Notes: generated by a model from the letters alone, not told the origin. Positions 26,481 through 36,408 are shown, counted from the stretch's first letter. The stretch: DNA of 61,902 bases from Candidatus Saccharimonadota bacterium (GCA_020428005.1 JAGQNP010000002.1:1-61902); one strand, 5' to 3'. Program-made: numbers and translations.

Positions 26481-28346
26481 ATGCCGCACCAAACAAAATC
26501 AGATGACTTAGGCGCTATGCGTCATACGTTAGCTCATATCATGGCAACAGCAGTACAGCATATTTGGCCTGAGGCAAAATTTGGTGTTGGTCCTGCAGTC
26601 GACAATGGTTTTTACTACGATATTGACCTAGGAAGTTCAGTAATATCAGAAGAGGACTTTTCTAAGATCGAGAAGGAAATGAGCAAGGTTATCAAAGATA
26701 ATCAGAAAATGGAGCGTTTCAGGAAACCTGTTGATGAAGCGATAAAATGGGCCAAAGATAACAAGCAAACTTACAAGGAGGAGTTATTAAATGATCTTAA
26801 GCGTGCCGGTACTACAGTAGCTAAAGATCTTGATGTGGACGAGCTTGGAACTATCGCAGAAGGTGAAAGTAAAGTTAATGAAGTTTCCTTCTATCAAAAT
26901 GGTGATTTTGTTGATCTATGTCGTGGTCCACATGTCGAATCTACAGGCAAGGTTGGTGCATTCAAGCTAATTCGTATAGCAGGTGCCTATTGGCGTGGAA
27001 ATGAAAAAAATCCCCAAATGCAACGTCTTTACGGTATAGCATTTGATTCACAAAAAGAGCTCGATAAATACCTAGAAATGATGGAAGAGGCAAAAAGGCG
27101 TGATCATCGTAAACTTGGTCAGGAGTTAGACCTATTTGTTATTTCTGATCTAGTTGGGCCAGGGCTGCCGTTATTTACTCCTAGAGGAACCGTTTTGCGT
27201 AAAGAGCTAGTAAAATTCTCTGAAGAGCTTCAGGATAGTATTGGCTATACAGAGACTTGGTGCCCTCATATGACTAGGATAGAACTGTACAAAGTTTCTG
27301 GTCACTATGATAAATATCCAGAACGGTTTGATGTTTCAAGCATAGAATCTGACGACAAATTTATGCTAAAACCGATGAATTGTCCCCATCATACTCAGAT
27401 ATATGCATCACGGCCACGAAGTTACCGTGATTTGCCAATACGCTATCGTGAATCAACAACTATGTATCGTGATGAGAAGAGTGGCGAATTACATGGTCTA
27501 TCACGTGTTCGTTCACTGACTCAGGATGACTCGCACGCCTTTGTTCGCCATGATCAGATAGAGGAGGAGATGCGGGGAATTTTGGGCATAGTAAAACAGA
27601 TGTACATGGTGCTGGATATGCCACTCAGTGTTGATCTGTCTTTTCGTGATGATAGCGACAATTACTTTGGTGACAAAAAGATATGGGAAACAGCACAGAA
27701 AACCATTGAGAAGGTGGCAAAAGAAGAAGAGTTGGATTACAAGGTTGAGCTAGGCGAAGCCGCCTTCTATGGTCCAAAGATTGACATCTATGTATCTGAT
27801 GCACTTGGACGTAAGTGGCAATGTGCCACTGTGCAGCTTGATTTTGTGCAACCTGAGAGGTTTGAGCTTGAATACATTGGTGAAGACAGTAAACCTCATC
27901 GTCCGGCAATGGTACACAAAGCAATACTTGGCTCTATTGAACGGTTCCTGAGCGTCTATATTGAGCATACGGGTGGTAAGTTTCCGGTTTGGCTTGCGCC
28001 TGAACAAGTTCGGTTGATAACAGTTAATCAAGAAGAAAAGACTGTTAAGTTTGCTGAAAATGTAATAGAAAGAGCAAAGGAACTAGGCCTAAGGGTTGAA
28101 GTAGACAACTCTAACGAATCTGTAGGTAAAAAGATTCGCAATGCTGAGGTGTGGAAAGTGCCATACACGTTAGTAATTGGAGAAAAAGAGATTGAATCTA
28201 ACAAGGTTGTGCCTCGTATCCGAAAGGATATTGTAGTTCAGGAAAAGAATGAACCAGTAGATGTCGAAGTATTTCTTAAAACAGTAGCTCATGAAGCAAA
28301 AGCCAGAACTAATAGGACTTCGCTCTATGGAGCACCAAAGAGCTAA
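26481..28346 (+). CDS. thrS: threonyl-tRNA synthetase (no N-terminal TGS domain)
   Basis: Starts in the editing domain (RHTLAHIMATAV...GPAVDNGFYYD); class II motifs FMLKPMNCPHH, YRDE.SG.LHGLSRVR, GPKID; AAGGAG SD. Confidence 0.9.
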   Translation: MPHQTKSDDLGAMRHTLAHIMATAVQHIWPEAKFGVGPAVDNGFYYDIDLGSSVISEEDFSKIEKEMSKVIKDNQKMERFRKPVDEAIKWAKDNKQTYKEELLNDLKRAGTTVAKDLDVDELGTIAEGESKVNEVSFYQNGDFVDLCRGPHVESTGKVGAFKLIRIAGAYWRGNEKNPQMQRLYGIAFDSQKELDKYLEMMEEAKRRDHRKLGQELDLFVISDLVGPGLPLFTPRGTVLRKELVKFSEELQDSIGYTETWCPHMTRIELYKVSGHYDKYPERFDVSSIESDDKFMLKPMNCPHHTQIYASRPRSYRDLPIRYRESTTMYRDEKSGELHGLSRVRSLTQDDSHAFVRHDQIEEEMRGILGIVKQMYMVLDMPLSVDLSFRDDSDNYFGDKKIWETAQKTIEKVAKEEELDYKVELGEAAFYGPKIDIYVSDALGRKWQCATVQLDFVQPERFELEYIGEDSKPHRPAMVHKAILGSIERFLSVYIEHTGGKFPVWLAPEQVRLITVNQEEKTVKFAENVIERAKELGLRVEVDNSNESVGKKIRNAEVWKVPYTLVIGEKEIESNKVVPRIRKDIVVQEKNEPVDVEVFLKTVAHEAKARTNRTSLYGAPKS

Positions 28347-28948
28347 TGAATCGTAAGATAGTTGCGGTGGATATCGACGAAGTTCTGATACCACACAATG
28401 CACCATTAGCGGACTTGCACAACAGACTGTTCGGCACGTCTCATACCGTAGATGACTATCATGATGATTGGCCGTTACTATGGAGTGTTAATAGGGAAGA
28501 AGCCGAAAGACGTGCAGAAATATGGTGGAATTCCGAAGAATGGAAACAGCGACACGAAAGACCAATTGACGGATCTCTGGCTGTTTTGCAGGATCTTCAG
28601 AAAAAATATGATTTAGTAATCGTAACTGGTAGATCTAAGCGCACAGCTGAGTTTACTGAAAAGTGGTTGGAAGAATATTTCCCAAGTATATTTTCGAATG
28701 TTCATTTTGTGGGCATTTGGGAAGAGGGGCTAGGCAAAAATAAGTCAGAAGTTTGCTTAAATACAGGAGTAAGCTACCTTATCGAAGATAGTCTAGAACA
28801 AGCATTTGCATGTGCTGAAAAGGGTATAGAGGTGCTTCTTTTTGGAGACTATAATTGGAATAAACATGATAGTCTTGGCCAAAAGGTAGTAAGAGTTAAG
28901 GATTGGCAGGAGGTTGGACGATACTTTGAAAAAGACTATAGCAATTGA
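28346..28948 (+). CDS. HAD-superfamily 5'(3')-deoxyribonucleotidase-like protein (copy 1)
   Basis: N-terminal VAVDIDEVL (DxD nucleophile motif), IVTGRS; 200 aa. Confidence 0.55.
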   Translation: MNRKIVAVDIDEVLIPHNAPLADLHNRLFGTSHTVDDYHDDWPLLWSVNREEAERRAEIWWNSEEWKQRHERPIDGSLAVLQDLQKKYDLVIVTGRSKRTAEFTEKWLEEYFPSIFSNVHFVGIWEEGLGKNKSEVCLNTGVSYLIEDSLEQAFACAEKGIEVLLFGDYNWNKHDSLGQKVVRVKDWQEVGRYFEKDYSN

Positions 28949-29522
28949 CATCGATGACGTACTATCAAGAAACGTTGAACATTTTGTTGAGTGGAGCAAT
29001 AAAATGTGGGGTACAAAGCTCACTATTGATGATTTTGATGAAGATTTTGTGGCAATGTGGGGTATTCCGCGCAGTGAATCACAAAAGCGGTTTCAGCAAT
29101 ATGTGGATAATGAATTAGCCCATGAACACCAAGCGCTAATAGAAGCTATCCCGATCATCTCAAAGCTTAAACAAAAGTATACTTTAATATTGATTACTTC
29201 AAGACGCACTGTGCTTGCTCCTGTGACTAGGAGATGGATTGATCAGCATTTTCCAGACCTTTTCGAAGTCATACATCACACGGGGTTTTATGACTCTTAC
29301 GATGACACTTCTCATCATAGAACCAAGGCAGATATATGTCAGGAGATGAAAGTCGATTATCTTATCGATGACCAACCAAAGCATTGCTTTGCAGTTGCAG
29401 AAGTAGGCATAGAAACATTATTATTTGGCGACTATATATGGAATAGAAACATTAAAGACTTACCACCGCGAGTTACTAAGGTCAAAGATTGGCAGGGGGT
29501 AAAAGATTACTTCGACAAATAA
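28914..29522 (+). CDS. HAD-superfamily 5'(3')-deoxyribonucleotidase-like protein (copy 2, tandem paralog)
   Basis: IAIDIDDVL, LITSRR, shared C-terminal LLFGDY.WN...VKDWQ with copy 1. The start is uncertain (TTG 28914 or 28926). Confidence 0.55.
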   Translation: MDDTLKKTIAIDIDDVLSRNVEHFVEWSNKMWGTKLTIDDFDEDFVAMWGIPRSESQKRFQQYVDNELAHEHQALIEAIPIISKLKQKYTLILITSRRTVLAPVTRRWIDQHFPDLFEVIHHTGFYDSYDDTSHHRTKADICQEMKVDYLIDDQPKHCFAVAEVGIETLLFGDYIWNRNIKDLPPRVTKVKDWQGVKDYFDK

Positions 29523-29547
29523 GCCGAATAACCAGTTTCGTGATCGA

Positions 29548-29835
29548 GTGTACACAATAGTTTCCCAAATACCTAAAGGTCACGTTATGACGTATGGTCA
29601 GATTGCGGCTATATGTGGAAGCCCTAGGGCAGCAAGAATTGTCGGAGGCATTGCTCATTGGGGTGATCCGAATTTACCTTGGCAGAGAGTTGTTAAGAAA
29701 GACGGATCACTTGCCGAAGGCTATCCGGGTGGCATTTCTGGTCATAAAGCTGCTCTTAAATCAGAAGGGGTCCTGTTTATTAACAATAAGGTTCAAATGA
29801 AAACAGCATTTTGGCAGTTTTCTGAGGTATCATAA
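29548..29835 (+). CDS. alkyltransferase-like (ATL) protein, MGMT DNA-binding domain without catalytic Cys
   Basis: VYTIVSQIPKGHVMTYGQIA...PWQRVV, i.e. PCHRV with Cys replaced by Trp; 95 aa. Confidence 0.7.
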   Translation: MYTIVSQIPKGHVMTYGQIAAICGSPRAARIVGGIAHWGDPNLPWQRVVKKDGSLAEGYPGGISGHKAALKSEGVLFINNKVQMKTAFWQFSEVS

Positions 29836-29839
29836 TCTT

Positions 29840-30061
29840 ATGAATGTAAATCCTTTAGTAGGTATTTTGTTTATAGTGGTTCTTATATCAACAGTTTTAT
29901 TTTTGATAATAGCTTTTTATCAGATAGTTAAATTTTCTATTCAGAAAATATTAGCTAGGAAAAACAGCCATAATCATAAACTTACTCCTTCATTAATTGC
30001 AACAATAGTTACCCTAGCAGTCATTGCTATTTATTTACTTTCCTTGAGGGGTCCTGGTTGA
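29840..30061 (+). CDS. small two-TM membrane protein
   Basis: ORF with two hydrophobic helices; 4-nt overlap with miaA. Confidence 0.35.
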   Translation: MNVNPLVGILFIVVLISTVLFLIIAFYQIVKFSIQKILARKNSHNHKLTPSLIATIVTLAVIAIYLLSLRGPG

Positions 30062-30837
30062 AGCAACAACTTTTAGTAATTGTCGGCCCTACGGCATCTG
30101 GTAAGACCTCTGTTGCTATAGAAATAGCTCAGCAATTTAATGGTGAGATTATCTGTGCTGATTCTAGAACTGTATATAAGGATATGGATATTGGTACAGC
30201 AAAACCAACTAAAGAAGAGCAGGAAAAAGTTCCGCATCATTTACTCGATGTTGTTTTGCCAGATCAGCCATTTACAGTCGCAGATTTTAAGCGTTTGGCA
30301 GATGAAGCTATAAAAGATATTAATAAAAGAGATAAATTACCGATTATTGTTGGTGGTAGTGGCTTATATATCGATTCAATACTATATGACTATAAGTTTT
30401 CGCCCAAAGGAAGTGCACGTGATCCAATAAACCCACGACACCTAGATAAAACAGTTGAACAGAAAAAATCTGAACTAAGACCTGACGCCTTAGTTGTTGG
30501 CATTGATCCACCATTGGAAGTTATAAAGCAACGAGTTATTAATAGAGTTGATGAGATGGTTAATCAGGGCTTTATTGATGAGGTAAATTCATTACTTGAA
30601 ATATACAGTAGCAATACAAATTCCCTAAACGCACCTGGTTATAAGGCATTCAAAGAATACGTTGAAAACAAAATTTCACTTAGTGAGGCTAAAGAAAGAT
30701 TTGTTAGGAACGATTATTTGCTCGCACGTAGACAGCGAACCTGGTTCAAACGTAACAAAAGTATTCATTGGTTTAATAACAGAGATGAAATTGTTGATTT
30801 CATCACAACACAGTTGAACAAAAATCGGTTAGCATAG
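30058..30837 (+). CDS. miaA: tRNA dimethylallyltransferase (short form)
   Basis: P-loop VIVGPTASGKTS, DSRTVYKDMDIGTAKP, GGSGLY; 259 aa; TTG start. Confidence 0.85.
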   Translation: MKQQLLVIVGPTASGKTSVAIEIAQQFNGEIICADSRTVYKDMDIGTAKPTKEEQEKVPHHLLDVVLPDQPFTVADFKRLADEAIKDINKRDKLPIIVGGSGLYIDSILYDYKFSPKGSARDPINPRHLDKTVEQKKSELRPDALVVGIDPPLEVIKQRVINRVDEMVNQGFIDEVNSLLEIYSSNTNSLNAPGYKAFKEYVENKISLSEAKERFVRNDYLLARRQRTWFKRNKSIHWFNNRDEIVDFITTQLNKNRLA

Positions 30838-30863
30838 ATTTACTTATCTGTTACAATGGGAGT

Positions 30864-31517
30864 ATGGTAGAGCAATTATTTGGGAGCAAAACCAGAGTAA
30901 AGCTATTGAAGTTGTTCTATAGCAATCCGAACAGACCATTTTATGTTCGCGAAATTACTCGGAAAATCGATGAGCAAATTAATTCTGTGCGCAGAGAGTT
31001 AGCTAATCTTTTGAGCATTGGAATTATTACTTCTGACAATAATAATGACCGTAACCGTCTTTATTATGAAGTAAATCAAAAGTATGAATATTACGATCCA
31101 CTTTCAGCAATATTTGGTGGAACAGCAATGAAGCCGAAAGCATTTGTAGCACCAGAGGTGAATGATGCAGAGTCAGACGACTTAACTTCTTTGGGTAACG
31201 TCGACCTAGTTATCTATTCTGGCCAGTTTACTAGAGACGATAGAGCTGGTGTAGATTTCCTAATCGTAGGTGATGTTAATCCAACGAAAGTATCAAAGTA
31301 TGTAGCTGGACTTGAAGAACAAGAGGGTAGAGATGTTCGTTATGCAGTGATGACTCCTAAGGAATTTGACTATCGGCGGCAAATAAATGACAGGTTCTTA
31401 TCAATTTTATTAGATTCTAAGTTGCAAGTTGTATTGGATAGAAATTATTTGATTACACCAAGGCCAAAAGAGCAACCAAAGAAAGAATCAACAAAGAAAA
31501 AAGCAGAAAAGGAGTAG
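30864..31517 (+). CDS. winged-helix transcriptional regulator-like protein
   Basis: N-terminal FGSKTRVKLLKLF...FYVREITRKIDEQINSVRRELANL is wHTH-like; the C-terminal part is unassigned. Confidence 0.45.
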   Translation: MVEQLFGSKTRVKLLKLFYSNPNRPFYVREITRKIDEQINSVRRELANLLSIGIITSDNNNDRNRLYYEVNQKYEYYDPLSAIFGGTAMKPKAFVAPEVNDAESDDLTSLGNVDLVIYSGQFTRDDRAGVDFLIVGDVNPTKVSKYVAGLEEQEGRDVRYAVMTPKEFDYRRQINDRFLSILLDSKLQVVLDRNYLITPRPKEQPKKESTKKKAEKE

Positions 31518-31523
31518 CAGAAA

Positions 31524-32150
31524 ATGGAACTACAGTTTTACGGAGCTAATTGTATTAGATTGTCAGGTAAAAAATCGAATGTAGTTATCGACGATAATCT
31601 TAGTGAAATAGGTCTAAAATCAGTCACGAAAGCTGGTGATATTGCTCTGTTTACAAATAGTCACTCAGATCCTAATACAGAGGTAAAGATAGCAATTGAT
31701 ACGGCAGGTGAATATGAAGTCTCAAATGTGTCTATAAGAGGTGTGGCTGCTAGAGCTCACATGGATGAAGAAGGTAAGCAAACAGCAGTGATTTATCGGT
31801 TGGTTATTGAGGATGTTAGGGTTGCAGTTGTCGGACATATCTATCCTGAACTAAGCGAAGAGCAGCTAGAAGCCATAGGTACAGTCGATGTTTTGGTTGT
31901 TCCTGTAGGTGGAAACGGATACACACTAGATCCAATAGGGGCATCAAAAGTAATCCGTAAGATTGAGCCAAGGATCATTGTTCCTACTCATTACGAAGAT
32001 AAAGCTATTAAGTATGAAGTGCCACAGCAACCACTCGAGGAAGCTTTAAAAGCCCTGAGCATGGAACCTAAAGAAACCGTTGATAAGCTGAAGCTAAAGA
32101 GCACAGAGCTTGGCGAGCTAACTCAACTAATAGTCCTAGAACGCCAGTAG
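31524..32150 (+). CDS. metallo-beta-lactamase-fold protein (degenerate metal motif)
   Basis: Size and pattern resemble UPF0173/MBL-fold proteins, but only SHSD sits where HxHxDH is expected. Confidence 0.45.
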   Translation: MELQFYGANCIRLSGKKSNVVIDDNLSEIGLKSVTKAGDIALFTNSHSDPNTEVKIAIDTAGEYEVSNVSIRGVAARAHMDEEGKQTAVIYRLVIEDVRVAVVGHIYPELSEEQLEAIGTVDVLVVPVGGNGYTLDPIGASKVIRKIEPRIIVPTHYEDKAIKYEVPQQPLEEALKALSMEPKETVDKLKLKSTELGELTQLIVLERQ

Positions 32151-32259
32151 AGCACAATTCTACACACCATTTCATGATGCTTCCGAGATACTTTTCCCAA
32201 CAGTAGCAAAAGTATCCAAAACGTACCGCAGCCGACTTCCTTATTCTTTATGAGTTCAT

Positions 32260-32727
32260 ATGTCAAAATATACAATGCTTCGGACACTCGCTACCGCTCA
32301 AAAGTCCTCAGACTATTCTTGTACTTTTGACATTCACTCATCAGGAATGAATGAGGCTGGAATTATGCTTATCGTTGCAAGTTATAATATTATTCGCGAG
32401 AATAATATTATGAGAGTCGAATTTGATAAGAGTTGTGAGCGTTGTGATAACCGACCAGTTTGTGAACTGGCTGGAATACAGGGCAGGAATCTCGAGAACT
32501 CGGCAAGAAAGCTTGGGTTCACTGTAACTGAAGGATCAGTAGCCTGCCTAGGACTTAAATATGAAGCTATTTTGGAAGGTTTAGTGTGTAAAGCTCGAGT
32601 TGCACCACCAGAGCTTGCCTCTCGGGAGGAGCATGAAAAGATTGCTGCATTAGCCAAACTAGAAATCCAAGCAGATGCATTACTCGAATCTACTAGAGAA
32701 CTAGTAAAACAGCTAAAGGATAATTAA
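32260..32727 (+). CDS. hypothetical Cys-rich protein (155 aa)
   Basis: ORF only; CERCDNRPVC motif; no obvious TATAAT-type promoter upstream. Confidence 0.35.
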   Translation: MSKYTMLRTLATAQKSSDYSCTFDIHSSGMNEAGIMLIVASYNIIRENNIMRVEFDKSCERCDNRPVCELAGIQGRNLENSARKLGFTVTEGSVACLGLKYEAILEGLVCKARVAPPELASREEHEKIAALAKLEIQADALLESTRELVKQLKDN

Positions 32728-32728
32728 T

Positions 32729-33238
32729 TTACTTTTGAAATATTGAAACAAAACGGCCTTCAGAAACAAGTTTAGAAACTTCTTCTGGATCAAAAGTGCG
32801 TCCGTTCATACATACATAAACACCAGGTTTAAGATTTTGAACCTGGCTTAGGGCGTATCCTATACTAAATGGCCCATCAGATGGAGAAAATCCATTAATG
32901 GGAATCATTGAACCTGTTAGTACAATGGTCTGATCTTTTCGTTCTAGGTTTGCTTTTAGGAATCTTGCCGTATCTGGCATAGTGTAAGTTCCATGAGTTA
33001 CTATGATTTGTTTGTTCGGACTTTTTTCAATCTCTTTGAGAGTATTGTCTACATCTTTCTCTGTTAATTCTCGACTGTCTTTCATGCAAACGACACTAAA
33101 CTCAGTTTTTTCATATAATTTTAGACTCTTCACAAAGTCAGGAATAACAGATGTTTTATTTGGTCTAGCGGTGTCGCTTAATGTATCGTAATACGAATCT
33201 ATAGTTCCACCAGTGATAATAAAGTGTATTGTTTGACT
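32729..33238 (-). CDS. single-domain L-asparaginase-like protein (N-terminal domain only)
   Basis: IHFIITGGTIDS (catalytic Thr motif) and VTHGTYTM (HGTDT with Asp replaced by Tyr). GTG 33238 lies 6 nt downstream of TGcTATTAT. The track extension to 33316 would overlap the helicase promoter. Confidence 0.5.
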   Translation of the reverse strand, partial: SQTIHFIITGGTIDSYYDTLSDTARPNKTSVIPDFVKSLKLYEKTEFSVVCMKDSRELTEKDVDNTLKEIEKSPNKQIIVTHGTYTMPDTARFLKANLERKDQTIVLTGSMIPINGFSPSDGPFSIGYALSQVQNLKPGVYVCMNGRTFDPEEVSKLVSEGRFVSIFQK

Positions 33239-33332
33239 CACATTGCGATAATAGCACAGATCATTAATAACTAAGTAGCATTGAAATATACTTATAAAAG
33301 TTGTATAATAGTTCAAAATAATTGGAGTTATT

Positions 33333-36300
33333 TTGTCTGTTCAAGAAGTATTACCGGAAATTGGTCCGCATACAACACACTTGCATCTATTAGGTAATCT
33401 CCCAGCACCTAGTCCTGACGAGGTTTATCTTCGTGATGACCAACGTGCTGCACTTGAAATTGTTAGCTTTGAAGCAGAAAATCCACGAACACCTGAAACA
33501 GTGGTTCTTGTTACAGATGAAGGCGAGCAAGAGTTTACGATTGCTAATATATTTGTTAATGCTCATACCCGTTGGGGTAAGTTTGAATTAGCAATGGCTC
33601 ACTTTAATAGGTTTAAGAATGACAACCCTGATGCGCGAGGATTGTACCTTGCACATACACAAGGCTTAATAAGAGATGGTAGGGAAAAATTTGAACGACG
33701 CTTCGAAGATAGGTACCTAGCTGGTGAATATAGTGGTAAAAGAAAAGATGAGGGTGATTTTGACATGCTTTTTGGGACTTTCCAATCTATTGCTAAAGCC
33801 GATTTTCCAAGAAGGCATTTTCTATGGAAGGCAGTAGATGAGGGACATCATTCTAATGCGCCAACTTATGAGCGGGTAATCCGGCATTTTGTTCCAGACA
33901 TTCGTTTTGGTATCACTGCAACTCCAAATAGGCTTGACCAACTAGATCCACGCAGAATTTATGGCCCCGAAGTCATAGATGTTCCATTAGCCGAAGGCAT
34001 AGTTCGCGGAACACTTAGACAAATGACCTACAAAGTCATGCTAGAGGACAATATTCGCAGGAGACTAGAACAAAGTAAATTGGACACTTCTGTTTTGAAT
34101 CGCGAAACAGCGCGAATAGAACCAAATCTTAAGGAAATGATAGCCAGAGGTCAGCGTGAAATTAAAGAAGCCGGTATTGAGGATCCGATAACTGTACACT
34201 TTGCGCAGAGTATTCAGCAAGCAGAGGACATAGCGTCAATACTGGCTGAGCAAGGCAAGACAACTTCCGTTATTCACAGTCAACAGACTGACGAACAAAA
34301 CGATGAAGCAACAAGACAATTAAGAGAGGGTGAAGTCGATGACATTATATCCATAAATATGCTTAATGAAGGTAGGGATATACCAAACGTTAACGTAATT
34401 GCCTTTTATCGCTCGACTGAGTCGGAAAATATATTTATTCAACAGCTAGGACGTGGTTTACAGCCTGCAGAAGACGGTTCACCACTTCTAGTTCTAGACT
34501 ATGTAGCAAATGCTAAGCGATTAGAATTCATTGCAAATATTATGCATGGGATTACGGATTATGCTTTGGATGCAGAAGAATATAAACAAAAATCCCAAAC
34601 AGAACCAGAAGATAAAGGTTATCATCAACCTGATTGGGTTAATGTGCCACGTAGTGTCGGAGCAGATTTTCAACTTGATGAAGAGCTGCTAAAAGTTATC
34701 GAATCTGTTGAAGAACAACAAAATTACATGGAAAGATTAAAAGCCATGGAACAGATTGATGAATTCGATGCTTTGGCTTACGTAAATGTGCTTGCACGTA
34801 ACACCAGAGGTTACCCAAACAAAACACGTATTGCCGATAGGCACAAAAGAGGGCTCGGTCCAAGTTATCGATCAATAGTTGCTGCTAGCGGGCTAGAGTT
34901 AGATCAAATACTGGAAAATGTCGATAAAGATCGATCATTTTTTGAAGATATTGGACATACATTTAACCATCTACAGCTTCCAGATGTAATAATTCTTCTC
35001 GTTCAGGATATTCTACTAAGACATCCAGATGTAAATAAAGTAGTAGATCGTAATGTATTTTCAAGGCCAGGCACTGATGATACTTATCATATGCTAGAAA
35101 GTAGTTTGACTTTGCCCGATGGTCTATCAGTGAGCATGAGTCACTACACAGATATGGTCATTATAGAAATTGATGGTGTCAGTTATTACATAACACCTAC
35201 TAGGGCAGATAGAACTAGATTTGATTGGCAAGAAAAATACAATCTTGTTGATGGATGGGATATAGAAATAAATTCTGATCAAGAAATCAAAGGACAGTTT
35301 GTTAGGGGTGACAAACCGATCGACATGGATAACCTTATTGTGCTAATCGATCTATTTAGCAGACTGGTGAGGACTCGTTCAGGTCTTGACCAGGATGGTG
35401 TTACAAGCCCCAATTATCCTTTCTATGCTGCAAGGGATATTTCTGATGTAAGCCAAGTTTTAGACAGATTTGATCCAGAAAACTTAATGGAAACTTGGGA
35501 TGATTATAAAGAAAAACGTAAGCAACTGGAAAGAATAGCTCCTTTGGTTAATAAAATGAGGCAAGTTATTAAAATCAAGGGTCGCGGTGGCGCTGGTCCT
35601 CGGCAGAAAAATAGTATCTTTGTCGGCAAACACAACGGAGAAGATATCATGTTTGATCCTGGAGAAGGCGTTTTTGTTGGCAGGTCTGGCGGTGAAGATA
35701 TTTTCTTTTATCAAGATAAGATTGTTCGAGTTCTAACTGAGGATGGTGGAGAAGTAATTACCATGACACATAGGTTCGATATCGAAACAGGAAACATCAC
35801 TACCTATTCAAGTCATGGAGATCGGTTGATTGATCAAGAACATCCTATAACTGATAATGACCGACGGAATATCGAGAGATATACTATAAACAGTGCATAC
35901 GAAGAAGCAATCGTGAAGCAGTTGAGCGATCCAAGCAAATTTAGAAGGCCATATAAGTTCAGAACTCCTAACCCTGAGGAAGCTGAGGTTTGGGAACAGG
36001 ATCGCATACGTGATGGTGAAGAATGGTTAGCGAGTTTTAAGGAAAGATTTCAAGAAGGATGGCATAAGTATGTACCTGATGAACGCATTATTGATACACA
36101 TACAACTGCAGATAGTCTGATAGGTAGTTTTGTTACTATTAAGAAAGTTGGAACTTATCACAAGGAAAAGAATTGGTCGGGCGTTGTTATAGGTGTTGAC
36201 TATGTAAGTGGTGAAATAATAATTGCCAATCCAGTTTATCCGCCAGGTCGTGCAGAAAAATTAAGTCAAGAACGTGTCAAGATTTTTGGTTGGAGTACCT

Positions 36301-36344
36301 CAAGCAATCCATTACAAAAAATAACTGAATTACGCGTGTATTAG
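33333..36344 (+). CDS. superfamily-2 helicase-like protein (ResIII/Helicase_C core) with ~600-aa unassigned C-terminal region
   Basis: LRDDQ (Q-like), degenerate motif I AHTRWGKF, motif II VDEGHH, motif III ITATPNR, motif VI QQLGRGLQ. GGAG RBS, TTG start, TGtATAAT promoter at 33305-33313. Confidence 0.7.
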   Translation: MSVQEVLPEIGPHTTHLHLLGNLPAPSPDEVYLRDDQRAALEIVSFEAENPRTPETVVLVTDEGEQEFTIANIFVNAHTRWGKFELAMAHFNRFKNDNPDARGLYLAHTQGLIRDGREKFERRFEDRYLAGEYSGKRKDEGDFDMLFGTFQSIAKADFPRRHFLWKAVDEGHHSNAPTYERVIRHFVPDIRFGITATPNRLDQLDPRRIYGPEVIDVPLAEGIVRGTLRQMTYKVMLEDNIRRRLEQSKLDTSVLNRETARIEPNLKEMIARGQREIKEAGIEDPITVHFAQSIQQAEDIASILAEQGKTTSVIHSQQTDEQNDEATRQLREGEVDDIISINMLNEGRDIPNVNVIAFYRSTESENIFIQQLGRGLQPAEDGSPLLVLDYVANAKRLEFIANIMHGITDYALDAEEYKQKSQTEPEDKGYHQPDWVNVPRSVGADFQLDEELLKVIESVEEQQNYMERLKAMEQIDEFDALAYVNVLARNTRGYPNKTRIADRHKRGLGPSYRSIVAASGLELDQILENVDKDRSFFEDIGHTFNHLQLPDVIILLVQDILLRHPDVNKVVDRNVFSRPGTDDTYHMLESSLTLPDGLSVSMSHYTDMVIIEIDGVSYYITPTRADRTRFDWQEKYNLVDGWDIEINSDQEIKGQFVRGDKPIDMDNLIVLIDLFSRLVRTRSGLDQDGVTSPNYPFYAARDISDVSQVLDRFDPENLMETWDDYKEKRKQLERIAPLVNKMRQVIKIKGRGGAGPRQKNSIFVGKHNGEDIMFDPGEGVFVGRSGGEDIFFYQDKIVRVLTEDGGEVITMTHRFDIETGNITTYSSHGDRLIDQEHPITDNDRRNIERYTINSAYEEAIVKQLSDPSKFRRPYKFRTPNPEEAEVWEQDRIRDGEEWLASFKERFQEGWHKYVPDERIIDTHTTADSLIGSFVTIKKVGTYHKEKNWSGVVIGVDYVSGEIIIANPVYPPGRAEKLSQERVKIFGWSTSSNPLQKITELRVY

Positions 36345-36371
36345 TTATTTTCTTTTAGATACGACCGACCC

Positions 36372-36400
36372 TTGACTTATAGAGGTAAAACAGATAGAAT
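36372..36400 (+). promoter_or_regulatory. promoter of rpmB giving a leaderless or near-leaderless mRNA
   Basis: TTGACT (36372-36377), 17 nt spacer, TAGAAT (36395-36400), then 8 nt to ATG 36409. Confidence 0.55.
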
Positions 36401-36408
36401 GTAGCTCT

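Noticed and set aside
26329-26511. 60-aa ORF overlapping the thrS start
   Set aside because: It falls within the T-box leader and terminator structure and runs out of frame into thrS. It has no RBS.
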